This document shows, piece by piece, positions 17,424-26,138 of a stretch of 32,000 nt of DNA. The stretch is from Cylindrospermopsis raciborskii Cr2010 (lineage in GTDB: Bacteria > Cyanobacteriota > Cyanobacteriia > Cyanobacteriales > Nostocaceae): NCBI RefSeq assembly GCF_003367075.2, contig NZ_CP065936.1, forward strand, positions 1,320,001-1,352,000. The letters run 5' to 3'. Made by a program: the position numbers and the translations under genes. Under the pieces are notes generated by a model. The model did no database searches. It was given only the letters and a program-made list of their open reading frames with translations, and was not told the origin of the DNA. The number at the start of each line of letters is the position of its first letter. The first letter of the stretch is position 1.

Positions 17424-18157
17424 TATTTAATGAGGATTTAAATTTTCCTGAAAAAACCAATTCTAATAATTCTTTATCTTCCTACCCAATCGCATTTGGT
17501 ATTACCTTCACACCCATGGTAACTGGGTTAATAATCGGTGTCTTAGGATTACTAGGGTGTGGTTATATCATACTGAATATGCTCATACCAGAGTTTGAAA
17601 AACATAATCAACTGAAAACGAAAATTATCCAAATCGAACAAGAGCATGAGCAAAAAAATCAGCAAGCTCAACGAATTAATCTAATTCAGAAACGATTGGC
17701 CCTATCCCAGCAGCAAAAAAGTCAAGTTCTATCCTTAATGGGGGATGAGAAAAACCTGAATAATATACTTCTTAGTATGAACCAAATTATAGAATTTACT
17801 AATAGTCAGTCCTTGGGTAATCCCTATATCAAAGCCAAATTGAAAAAATTTACTCCCCTGGATGACAAACCACAAGTTGTTACTGATAACAGTCTGGGAG
17901 AATCACTAAAAAACCAACTAAAACGACAGATTATTAAAGTAGAAATCGAAGGCAATTTCTACCAAATTCAAACCATTATGGCAAGTCTAGAAAAATTGCC
18001 ACCTCTGTTATTAATTGACAAATATAAATGTCAACTCCTAGCTCCCACCATAGATACTCAACAAATAGTCAACACAGGTAAAATATTAACCTCCTTTGAA
18101 TTAGTCATACCCATCCCAGAAGTATCAGAAACAACTGCTAAAACTCCCCTACAATAG
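17420..18157 (+). CDS. pilO: Type IV pilus assembly protein PilO-like
   Basis: 245 aa. Single transmembrane segment plus coiled coil; overlaps pilN by 4 bp; KVEIEGNFYQIQTIMASLEKLPPLLLIDKYK. Confidence 0.82.
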   Translation: MIFNEDLNFPEKTNSNNSLSSYPIAFGITFTPMVTGLIIGVLGLLGCGYIILNMLIPEFEKHNQLKTKIIQIEQEHEQKNQQAQRINLIQKRLALSQQQKSQVLSLMGDEKNLNNILLSMNQIIEFTNSQSLGNPYIKAKLKKFTPLDDKPQVVTDNSLGESLKNQLKRQIIKVEIEGNFYQIQTIMASLEKLPPLLLIDKYKCQLLAPTIDTQQIVNTGKILTSFELVIPIPEVSETTAKTPLQ

Positions 18158-18187
18158 CAATTTTAGGTTATTGATCAAGGTTCAGGT

Positions 18188-18901
18188 TCAAACACCAACT
18201 TTTTCTTCCAGGATCTTAAAACTCTTTTTCGTAGCACCGCAAATAGGACAAGTCCAATTATCAGGAATTTCTGCAAAAGGAGTACCAGGTGCAATCCCCG
18301 AATCAGGATCACCACTAACCGGATCGTAAATCATACTGCATTGTCTACAAATCCATTTTTGAGTTTGGGGATCGGGTTTGACAATTCTAGTTACGGGTTC
18401 TCCTCCATTTAATACTTCTAAAGCTTCTGAATAGCGATCCGCATGATAATTTTCAATGAACTTTAGCAACCCAAACCGGTGACCAGCATCGCGAAAGATT
18501 TTGGCGTGCTCATTGGAATCCTCTGCTTGTTTTGTAAATTCTTCTACTGCTAAATTGTCCCTATCTCTTACAGCATCAGCAGCAAAATTGGGATACATAG
18601 TAGTATATTCGTATGTTTCTCCTTCAATTGCTAAGGACAAACAATTAGACATAATAGCTCTTTTTTGGTCATCGGTTAAACTAGCTGGATCTTTTACAAC
18701 TAGCTCTGGATGTAATAACTCAAAATGAGCGAAAGCATGTTCAGTTTCTTGCTCTGCTGTTTCTTTAAATAGTTTTGCTAAGTCATTAAAACCTAATTGA
18801 CGTGCTACTTTAGCAAAAAATAGATATTTACGATTTGCCATGGATTCACCACTGAAAGCAGTTTCCAGATTTTGCAGAGTTGTGGAATTTGACAAGTTCA
18901 T
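18188..18901 (-). CDS. Rubrerythrin (ferritin-like diiron domain plus C-terminal rubredoxin domain)
   Basis: 237 aa. AEQETEHAFAHFE and EDSNEHAKIFRDAGHRFG; C-terminal CRQCSMIYDPVSGDPDSGIAPGTPFAEIPDNWTCPICGA. Confidence 0.93.
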   Translation of the reverse strand: MNLSNSTTLQNLETAFSGESMANRKYLFFAKVARQLGFNDLAKLFKETAEQETEHAFAHFELLHPELVVKDPASLTDDQKRAIMSNCLSLAIEGETYEYTTMYPNFAADAVRDRDNLAVEEFTKQAEDSNEHAKIFRDAGHRFGLLKFIENYHADRYSEALEVLNGGEPVTRIVKPDPQTQKWICRQCSMIYDPVSGDPDSGIAPGTPFAEIPDNWTCPICGATKKSFKILEEKVGV

Positions 18902-19027
18902 AATTTTGGGACCTGAAGATGGTTAATTGAATGATTTCATAAGGTCTATTATGGTTAGATCATACATGTTTTTCGTTAAAATAACAGATTATTTCTAAAC
19001 AGTTCTCTTTATTTAAAGAAACATAAA

Positions 19028-19078
19028 AAATAGAGTGGGAGGAGACATTACCAAGCGTCATTCACTCCCACTCTATTT
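19028..19078. promoter_or_regulatory. Perfect 14-bp stem-loop in a long intergenic region upstream of the rubrerythrin gene
   Basis: AAATAGAGTGGGAG (19028-19041) and CTCCCACTCTATTT (19065-19078) are exact reverse complements separated by 23 nt. The function is not determined. Confidence 0.6.
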
Positions 19079-19343
19079 AGTGCTGCTGAAGCGATTCGGG
19101 AATAAACTCATGACCCTGGTCGTTAATTAGGGGGGTAATAAAATTAAACGACTGGGGTTATTGAATGAGCATTCCTATTGCAGCAATCGGTCATTTTGTT
19201 TTGTTGTGAGACAAACCCAGCACAGTAGCTTTTGTTTCTCTAATTTAATTTAACTTGCTTCTGAATTGTTAGGTTGCCAAGTTGGCATTTTCTAAAAATC
19301 TTTTCTCTCTTGATAATGCGCCAAAAAATATGCCATAACAGAA

Positions 19344-19835
19344 ATGACAATACTAGCAAGTGGGTGTCTATACATGAAAAATCCTCAAATCCATTTTAGC
19401 GATCGCCTGACAGAAATTGATATATATCAACTTCAACATTTATTTAATCATACTGCTTTTTGGGCTAAAGGGCGTAGTATAGAGGATTTGAGTACAGCTG
19501 TTGCTAATAGTAAACCGGTAATTTCTGTTTGGGACAGAGAAAAATTAATTGGTTTTGCTAGAGCGAATTCTGATGGTATATATCGCGCTACCATTTGGGA
19601 TGTGGTAATTCATCCAGATTATCAAGGAAGAGGTTTGGGAATGAGGTTAGTGAGGAGGATTTTATCCCACCCTCTAATGCAGGTAGAGCGTGTTTATTTA
19701 ATGACCACTCATCAACAAAAGTTTTATGAGAAAATTGGATTTCAACATAATAATAGTACCACCATGGTACTACATAATAATTCTAAATTAGGTTCTATTG
19801 AGCAAGAAGAACTTCAGGAATTGAAGTACTTGTGA
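19344..19835 (+). CDS. GNAT family N-acetyltransferase
   Basis: 163 aa; VVIHPDYQGRGLGMRLVRRIL acetyl-CoA-binding motif; FYEKIGFQ. An internal ATG at 19374 is an alternative start. Confidence 0.9.
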   Translation: MTILASGCLYMKNPQIHFSDRLTEIDIYQLQHLFNHTAFWAKGRSIEDLSTAVANSKPVISVWDREKLIGFARANSDGIYRATIWDVVIHPDYQGRGLGMRLVRRILSHPLMQVERVYLMTTHQQKFYEKIGFQHNNSTTMVLHNNSKLGSIEQEELQELKYL

Positions 19836-20763
19836 TTTGGGGTAGGGTAATTTGCAATCGGGTGAAATTTGTCGTCTCATTACTGATGGGAGGAGAATCA
19901 GGTTCAATAATTTCTAGTTTCCCTCCCATCATTTCCAGTAATCTTTGATTGATTAATAATTTCATTCCTGGTGACATATCTCTGATTTCTGAATCATGGT
20001 TATCAGTTATGCGTAAACAGGTCTCTAACCTTTCATGGGAAATTACTGTATTGCTAGGAAGATCCAGATAAATATCAAGATGATTATTTATATCAGTAGT
20101 AATATTGCCATCAGGGGATTTGATAAAAAGACAAATATATCCCGATTCCATTGTGCTAATTGTGTTATCTATCAAGCTTACAAGGATTTGCCGTAACCAG
20201 CGTTTATCTGCTAACACATAAATTTCCGATGGGGGTAAACAGATTTGCAAAGGGAAATTGCGATTAGCAGCTAACATATAAGTCAGTTCTTCCACCTCTT
20301 GAAAAACCTCCCTTATGCCCACGGATTCAATTACCAGATGATTAGTTCCATGTTCTATTCTCGCAATATTTAGCATTTGATCAATGATTTTTAAAAACTG
20401 TAGCGACCTTTCGTATGCTTGATTAATAAATTCTCTTTCTTCCTGGGGATTTTCACATAAGTCATGTAAAATTAATTGGTGAAGTCCGATTAATCCATTA
20501 ATAGGCGATCGCAATTCATGACTAATCCTGACCAAAAACCCCGCATGAAATTGGCTCATTTCCCTGGCCATTTCATAAGCCAATTCTGTTTGGTGTAGCT
20601 GCTGTAAAATTTGTGTTTGTGATCTTTCCCAATTGTTTTCATCCGGATTAGGTTGATATCCAGATGAATTTGCTGAGTTGGAAAATAATTTCATAGGTAG
20701 TTTATCAATGGCAATTCCTAGCAAAATTCCGATGGCTAAATATAAAAAGTTAGTAAAATTCAT
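19795..20763 (-). CDS. Membrane-anchored sensor histidine kinase-like protein with degenerate ATPase region
   Basis: 322 aa. N-terminal transmembrane segment; H-box FLVRISHELRSPINGLIGLHQL; N-box-like LRQILVSLIDNTISTM. No clear DxGxG G1 box. Confidence 0.82.
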   Translation of the reverse strand: MNFTNFLYLAIGILLGIAIDKLPMKLFSNSANSSGYQPNPDENNWERSQTQILQQLHQTELAYEMAREMSQFHAGFLVRISHELRSPINGLIGLHQLILHDLCENPQEEREFINQAYERSLQFLKIIDQMLNIARIEHGTNHLVIESVGIREVFQEVEELTYMLAANRNFPLQICLPPSEIYVLADKRWLRQILVSLIDNTISTMESGYICLFIKSPDGNITTDINNHLDIYLDLPSNTVISHERLETCLRITDNHDSEIRDMSPGMKLLINQRLLEMMGGKLEIIEPDSPPISNETTNFTRLQITLPQITSTSIPEVLLAQ

Positions 20764-20798
20764 GGGTTTTTCATAATAAAGATATTAGCCCAACAACC

Positions 20799-21401
20799 TT
20801 AACCAATTATAATACTACCTTGACGAAGAATTTGCCAATGATTTTCTGTCCATTTGGCTACGGTAGATGGAACTCCTAAACCTTTATATTCTATCAATTC
20901 TTCAGTGAGAACATCTGGAAATTCTCCAGCTATTTCAGCTTGTGTTTCCAAGGGGGGTTTTCCTGATAAATTAACACTCGTGGTTGCCATAGGTCCGGTT
21001 TGTGCCAAAATTGCCCGAGCTATAGGATGATTGGGAACCCTAATACCAATAGTGGTAGGATCTTGAGGATTCATTACCCTAGGAACTTTATCACTAGCTG
21101 GTAAAACTAGAGTCAATGCACCAGGCCAATATCTATTAACCACCTCTTGCCAAATTTCATATTCTTGATCACTACCTTTTACATATTCCCACAAACTTTC
21201 CGGTTCAGCTCCCATTAAAATTAAGGGTTTGTCTAAACTGCGCTGTTTAGCAATATATATTAATTCTGCTTTTGTGGGTATGGTAGCCATCCCAGGAACT
21301 GTATCTGTGGGGAAACTAATTATTTTCCCCTCCTTAGCACCACGAATTAGACGATCTAGAGAAATGTTCATACAGTCTTTATTTAAACCACTCCTTATCA
21401 A
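20799..21401 (-). CDS. L-threonylcarbamoyladenylate synthase (Sua5/YciO/YrdC/YwlC family)
   Basis: 200 aa; GKIISFPTDTVPGMATIPT; KRSLDKPLILMGAE; RVPNHPIARAILAQTGPMATTSVNLSGKPP. Confidence 0.92.
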   Translation of the reverse strand: MIRSGLNKDCMNISLDRLIRGAKEGKIISFPTDTVPGMATIPTKAELIYIAKQRSLDKPLILMGAEPESLWEYVKGSDQEYEIWQEVVNRYWPGALTLVLPASDKVPRVMNPQDPTTIGIRVPNHPIARAILAQTGPMATTSVNLSGKPPLETQAEIAGEFPDVLTEELIEYKGLGVPSTVAKWTENHWQILRQGSIIIG

Positions 21402-22246
21402 CCATCTATTAATTTAGCTTTAGCTTGTTGCCAAAGCGCCTCTAATTCCGCCAATTTATAATCACTAATCGGACGATCCATAACCTGTTCCATAGTTCTT
21501 AAACGTTGAACAAATCGTAAACTTGTTCCTGCCAAACCTCTAGCAGGATCAAGATTATACCATCTAGCTAGTTGAATAATTGCAAATAATAAATCTCCCA
21601 ATTCTGACTCTTGTCTTTCTGGTGTTTCCCCAGCTAAAGCTTGGTCAAACTCAGCTAATTCTTCGTGAAATTTATCCCAAACTTCCTTAATATCACTCCA
21701 TTCAAAACCAACCTCAGCAGCTTTTTGAGAAATTTTCATAGCAGCATTTAATGGTGGAAGACTACGACGATAGCGATTTAACTTATCACTGAGTTTTTGG
21801 GTTGCCATAGTTTGCCCTTTTTCTGCTGCTTTGATTTCATCCCAATTTTGGCGCACTTGCTCTACATTTTCCACTTTCACATCACCAAACACATGGGGAT
21901 GACGACGAATTAGTTTTTGGGCAATACCCTCAGCTACCTCTTTTACAGAAAAATCCCCCTTTTCGCTGGCTATCTGAGCTTGTAATATTACCTGTAATAG
22001 TAAATCTCCCAACTCCTCACATATAGCACTTTGTTCTCCTGTACTAATCGCGTCTACTACTTCGTATGCTTCTTCAATTATGTAGGGAGTTAAGCTGGTT
22101 TGGGTTTGTGCCAAATCCCATGGACATCCACCTTCAGGCGATCGCAATTTAGCAACCACATCTATTAACTCTTGTAAAGCCACTAAATGAGCGTTATCAG
22201 CTATGTTACTATTGATAAATTTATTCTGTGCTGTCATAATTAGCAT
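21398..22246 (-). CDS. mazG: Nucleoside triphosphate pyrophosphohydrolase MazG
   Basis: 282 aa; LRSPEGGCPWDLAQTQTSLTPYIIEEAYEVVDAI; EELGDLLLQVILQAQIASE; RRHPHVFGD. Confidence 0.94.
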   Translation of the reverse strand: MLIMTAQNKFINSNIADNAHLVALQELIDVVAKLRSPEGGCPWDLAQTQTSLTPYIIEEAYEVVDAISTGEQSAICEELGDLLLQVILQAQIASEKGDFSVKEVAEGIAQKLIRRHPHVFGDVKVENVEQVRQNWDEIKAAEKGQTMATQKLSDKLNRYRRSLPPLNAAMKISQKAAEVGFEWSDIKEVWDKFHEELAEFDQALAGETPERQESELGDLLFAIIQLARWYNLDPARGLAGTSLRFVQRLRTMEQVMDRPISDYKLAELEALWQQAKAKLIDG

Positions 22247-22848
22247 TACTGTTTTTTATCAGCTTTAGGTTTAGAACTACGAGAACGACGACTGTGAATC
22301 TTACGTTTTCTAATTTTGCTACTGGGTAGTAAAGCATGAACACCTTGTTTTTGAAAACGTTTGTAGGTAGAACTTGTCCAATCACTGAGGTAATGACTCA
22401 TAGCACCAAGTTCACAACCTACAAACCAGGCAAAAAACTCTCTGGCGTATGTAGACATATTTTGTCTCACCCTTGCCCAAATGTCACCCCAGTTCACAGA
22501 TAAGTTAGAAAAACTGGCGAGTATTAATAAAATTAACCCAGTAGTAGCAGCTATAAATACCATTAAATAAACTACCCGAAGAGTAGTACCAATAATTGGG
22601 CCGTGGGACAAAAAAGAGCGGTGACGCAAACTTTGTTGATAGGGTAACCAAATCCAACGGAACCAACCCCAGCGCTGGAACTGACGAGAATAAATATCCA
22701 AGTCAGGGCCAAACATCAAACCGCCAAACATAAACCCCCCCAGCACCACCAAAGTCATATTACCGCTACCAGTAGCAACTAAAGTTACACTGGCAACTAG
22801 GGGAATAGACCAGATAGTAATGCGGTCATGTGTTTGTCCAGAAGGCAT
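22246..22848 (-). CDS. DUF2227-like putative metal-binding membrane protein
   Basis: 200 aa; MPSGQTHDRITIW; GPDLDIYSRQFQRWGWFRWIWLPYQQSLRHRSFLSHGPIIGT; transmembrane segments. Shares its stop/start base with mazG. Confidence 0.72.
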   Translation of the reverse strand: MPSGQTHDRITIWSIPLVASVTLVATGSGNMTLVVLGGFMFGGLMFGPDLDIYSRQFQRWGWFRWIWLPYQQSLRHRSFLSHGPIIGTTLRVVYLMVFIAATTGLILLILASFSNLSVNWGDIWARVRQNMSTYAREFFAWFVGCELGAMSHYLSDWTSSTYKRFQKQGVHALLPSSKIRKRKIHSRRSRSSKPKADKKQ

Positions 22849-23010
22849 TGGAGAAAACTAACACCTCAAAATTCAAAACTTAACAACTAATACCTGCCCA
22901 GTATAGCCAATAACCTGCCATTAGGAAAGTCCCAAAATCAAAAAAAATTTTTTCTAAACCCCTTGCCAAATTCCAAAAGCTTGTGTTATATTAATAAGGT
23001 GAAAAAACAA

Positions 23011-23083
<73 letters not shown>

Positions 23084-23108
23084 TTTAAAACAACAACTAA
23101 CGTGTGCG

Positions 23109-23137
23109 AGAATGCCCAGTCAAAGACTGGGCATTCT
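23109..23137. terminator. Perfect 13-bp stem, 3-nt loop hairpin between convergent tRNA-Val and cofG
   Basis: AGAATGCCCAGTC (23109-23121), loop AAA, GACTGGGCATTCT (23125-23137). Confidence 0.75.
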
Positions 23138-23150
23138 GTTGTGCTAATGA

Positions 23151-24086
23151 TTAAGAAAAAACCATTGCACCCAAAACAGAATGAGTTCTTTTATAAACAG
23201 GTAAGCGTGGTAGTAGGGTCCACCCACCAGATAGTAAAACTTCCCTAAGTCTATTTACTTCCCGATGGGGATAATCAGGATTAACTTCATCCCTGGGACC
23301 AATTCCTCCCAAATCCCTAGCTCCCGCATCCAAACAAGCCAATAACCAGTTTTCCTCGGGGACTAAATTGGGGGGAATTTGAATGGTGATATCCGATGGT
23401 AAAATCTCCCGCGCTTGAGCTATGACCCGGGGTAGCTGATAAGGATCAAAAGCAACTTCATCAAAGGTTTGTTCAGATCCCGGACTATGGGGTTGTAAAA
23501 TAACTTCTTGTATGTTTTGATACTTTAAATGTAAATCAGTAATAGCCATGAGGGTTTGTCGTCTATCATCTTCATTTTCACCTATTCCTAATAACAAACC
23601 AGTAGTAAAGGGAATTTGTAACTCTCCGGCCCATTGTAAATGTTGTAAACGTAACTCTGGAATTTTACTAGGTGCATGGCGGTGAACAGTATGTAATAAT
23701 TTAGGGGTTAACTGCTCCAACATTAACCCCATAGAAGCATTGACATTTTTAAGCCTTTGCATTTCTGAAAAACTGAGAATTCCAGCATTAGTATGGGGTA
23801 GAAACCCCATAGAAAGAGCTAGGACACATAGGTCATAAATCAGATCCAACCATTCCTGACGTCTAGATGATAAAGGGTGAACTTCACCACTGAGAATTAG
23901 GATTTCACAAATACCTTGACCTTTCAGGGAGAATAAAATTTTCTCTGCTTGCTCTAAGGTCATCCAAGGATGGGAACCTATATCAGAGCGAAAGTTACAA
24001 TAGGTGCACTTATTAAAACACTCATAGGTGGGAACAAGAGTGTATGCGGGGCTATAAGTGACTATCTGGTTGGGGAGTGGTAACAT
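23151..24086 (-). CDS. cofG: 7,8-didemethyl-8-hydroxy-5-deazariboflavin synthase subunit CofG (radical SAM)
   Basis: 311 aa; CFNKCTYCNFR cluster motif; GEVHP; NVNASMGLMLEQLTP; IPFTTGLLLGIGE; LPSDITIQIPPNL. Confidence 0.88.
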   Translation of the reverse strand: MLPLPNQIVTYSPAYTLVPTYECFNKCTYCNFRSDIGSHPWMTLEQAEKILFSLKGQGICEILILSGEVHPLSSRRQEWLDLIYDLCVLALSMGFLPHTNAGILSFSEMQRLKNVNASMGLMLEQLTPKLLHTVHRHAPSKIPELRLQHLQWAGELQIPFTTGLLLGIGENEDDRRQTLMAITDLHLKYQNIQEVILQPHSPGSEQTFDEVAFDPYQLPRVIAQAREILPSDITIQIPPNLVPEENWLLACLDAGARDLGGIGPRDEVNPDYPHREVNRLREVLLSGGWTLLPRLPVYKRTHSVLGAMVFS

Positions 24087-24320
24087 TATGAAAAATCACC
24101 AGAAAATGTTTACAAAAGTATAAAGTCCGTAGTACTTAATATATATGGGTTTTTAGGTCTGGATATAAAAATATGAATAAATTTTAGTAGAGTATCTTTT
24201 TGACACTCCCCTGAACCTTTGAATAAGCGTCTTTTCCAAAGCCATAAGATTGGGTAAACCTCCCCATATAAAAAGGGGGATTTTTACCCTAGAAAGAATT
24301 ATCCTTATGGAAAGAAAATT

Positions 24321-24746
24321 ATGAGTGTAGGATTGGATTTGATCCCAAATACCATGATAGAATACTTATATTATCTAGGCAATGCCAGTCTCACCTTAAG
24401 AGTTGTTCAGCACCTCTACAATCGCCCACAAATGCCAGTTTCCTTTATCACCGTAATTCATCAAATTAATGGTTGGGTAATCAGGATTAAATTAAAAGAG
24501 GCAATTTCTACTCAAGAAGACGGTGATTTTCGAGCTTTTTGTAATGAGCTAGGGATTAGCTATGAACCGCCTATGAGATTACAAATGGCATTTTGGAGTT
24601 TAGAAGCAGGACAAAGTCCCATAGAAGTAATGCAACGCTACCAAATAGCCATTGTCTCCCATGGTGGTTCAGAAAAAGAGGAAATTGAGGCGTTTAGACA
24701 ACAGTTTGTTAGAGGTTTAGGCTATTGTCCAGAAACCTTAGCTTAA
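24321..24746 (+). CDS. Conserved-looking hypothetical protein upstream of cynS
   Basis: 141 aa ORF (MSVGLDLIPNTMIEYLYYLGNASLTLRVVQHLYNRPQMP...) ending 60 nt before the cynS start. No family recognised. Confidence 0.65.
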   Translation: MSVGLDLIPNTMIEYLYYLGNASLTLRVVQHLYNRPQMPVSFITVIHQINGWVIRIKLKEAISTQEDGDFRAFCNELGISYEPPMRLQMAFWSLEAGQSPIEVMQRYQIAIVSHGGSEKEEIEAFRQQFVRGLGYCPETLA

Positions 24747-24805
24747 AATGGAGGGAGCATCAATTGTAGGTTATCCTGATGTAAGCACTACAAACCAAGA
24801 GAATT

Positions 24806-25252
24806 ATGACAGTTGAATTGCCATCTTTCACAGCAAAACTACTAGCAGCTAAAAAAGCCAAGGGGTTGAGCTTTGCGGATCTAGAAAGGTTAATAGGAAG
24901 AGATGAGGTTTGGATTGCCTCTTTGTTTTATGGTCAAAACAGCACCAGTGTAGAAGAAGCAACCAAAATCGCCGATATTTTAGGTCTAGGTCAGGATATA
25001 GTCGCTGCTTTAACCTCTTTTCCTAGTAAAGGTTTAGGTCCTGTGGTTCCAACGGATCCTTTAATTTATCGCTTCTATGAAATTATTCAAGTCTATGGTT
25101 ATCCTATAAAAGAAATAATTCATGAGAAGTTTGGTGATGGTATTATGAGCGCCATTGACTTTACCCTTGACATCGAGAAGGTAGAAGATGAGAAAGGTGA
25201 CCGGGTAAAAGTGACCATGAATGGCAAATTCTTACCCTATAAAAAATGGTAG
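24806..25252 (+). CDS. cynS: Cyanate hydratase (cyanase)
   Basis: 148 aa; [27 protein letters not shown]; [36 protein letters not shown]; [13 protein letters not shown]. Confidence 0.96.
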   Translation: MTVELPSFTAKLLAAKKAKGLSFADLERLIGRDEVWIASLFYGQNSTSVEEATKIADILGLGQDIVAALTSFPSKGLGPVVPTDPLIYRFYEIIQVYGYPIKEIIHEKFGDGIMSAIDFTLDIEKVEDEKGDRVKVTMNGKFLPYKKW

Positions 25253-25259
25253 TAAATTT

Positions 25260-26114
25260 ATGAACTGGAATAGGTTTTTGCCAATTTACCGTTTATGGCA
25301 ACGTCGCTGGGTCTACCCTGTAATTTCATCCATTGTTGCTCTAAGTCTGTGTTTGAGTACGTCCCTGCCCAGTCGCGCCATAGATTTATTACCTCTCTTA
25401 CTTCAGGGTGCACAAATACTACAACTATCTAATTTATCCACTAATCAAGAAGTGGAACTGGGAAGACAGATGAATGACCAGGTAGGTCAAGAAGTACGAA
25501 TTTCCCGTAATCAGCAACTAACTAACTATGTGTCTCAACTGGGTAGAAGGTTGGTACTTAATGCTAACCGCCCCAATATTCCCTATACCTTTCAAGTTGT
25601 GGAAGATGAACAAATTAATGCTTTTGCTACTTTAGGTGGTTTTGTTTATATTCATACTGGATTATTAAAAGCTGCTGATAATGAAGCCGAGTTAGCCAGT
25701 GTGATTGGACACGAAATGGGTCATATTGAGGGCAAACATTTAATCGAGCAAATGAAACAAAGGGCTATTGCTAGTGGTGTAGCTAGTATAACTGGTTTGG
25801 ATCGTAGTCAAGCTGTAGCTATTGGCGTAGATCTAGCCTTAAATCGTCCTAGAAGTCGCAAGGATGAGTTTGATGCTGACGCTAGGGGATTAAGAATTTT
25901 AACACGGAGTGGCTACTCACCCACAGCAGCAGTTTCTTTCATGAGAAAACTTCAGTCACAGGGTTCCATACCAACTTTTTTGAGTACCCACCCTGCAACC
26001 GGGGACAGAATTAATCGGTTACAACAACAAATCAATCAATTTCCACAAATCAATTCTAATGGTGGATTAGACAGTGCTAGTTACAAAAGCAATCTGCAAG
26101 TACTATTCCGATAG
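25260..26114 (+). CDS. M48 family metallopeptidase
   Basis: HExxH in SVIGHEMGHIEGKH; signal-like N-terminus; FLSTHPATGDRINRLQQQI. The track starts at 25221 inside cynS; the ATG at 25260 (MNWNRFLPI) avoids the overlap. Confidence 0.9.
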   Translation: MNWNRFLPIYRLWQRRWVYPVISSIVALSLCLSTSLPSRAIDLLPLLLQGAQILQLSNLSTNQEVELGRQMNDQVGQEVRISRNQQLTNYVSQLGRRLVLNANRPNIPYTFQVVEDEQINAFATLGGFVYIHTGLLKAADNEAELASVIGHEMGHIEGKHLIEQMKQRAIASGVASITGLDRSQAVAIGVDLALNRPRSRKDEFDADARGLRILTRSGYSPTAAVSFMRKLQSQGSIPTFLSTHPATGDRINRLQQQINQFPQINSNGGLDSASYKSNLQVLFR

Positions 26115-26138
26115 CTTTGTGGAGGGGAGCCAGAACGC

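Noticed and set aside
18501-18728. ORF 18501-18728 (+)
   Set aside because: Antisense to the rubrerythrin diiron domain coding region.
19083-19160. Short minus-strand frame translating PQSFNFITPLINDQGHEFIPESLQQH before a stop, considered as a gene remnant
   Set aside because: Bounded by a stop immediately upstream and not recognised as any family; could be chance, so not called a pseudogene.
21229-21417. ORF 21229-21417 (+)
   Set aside because: Antisense to the YrdC-family gene and the start of mazG territory; no independent support.
24260-24300. Weak imperfect hairpin TCCCCATATAAAAAGGGGGATTTTT upstream of the 141-aa ORF
   Set aside because: Short stem in AT-rich sequence with mismatches when extended; could be an attenuator, but the evidence is too thin.
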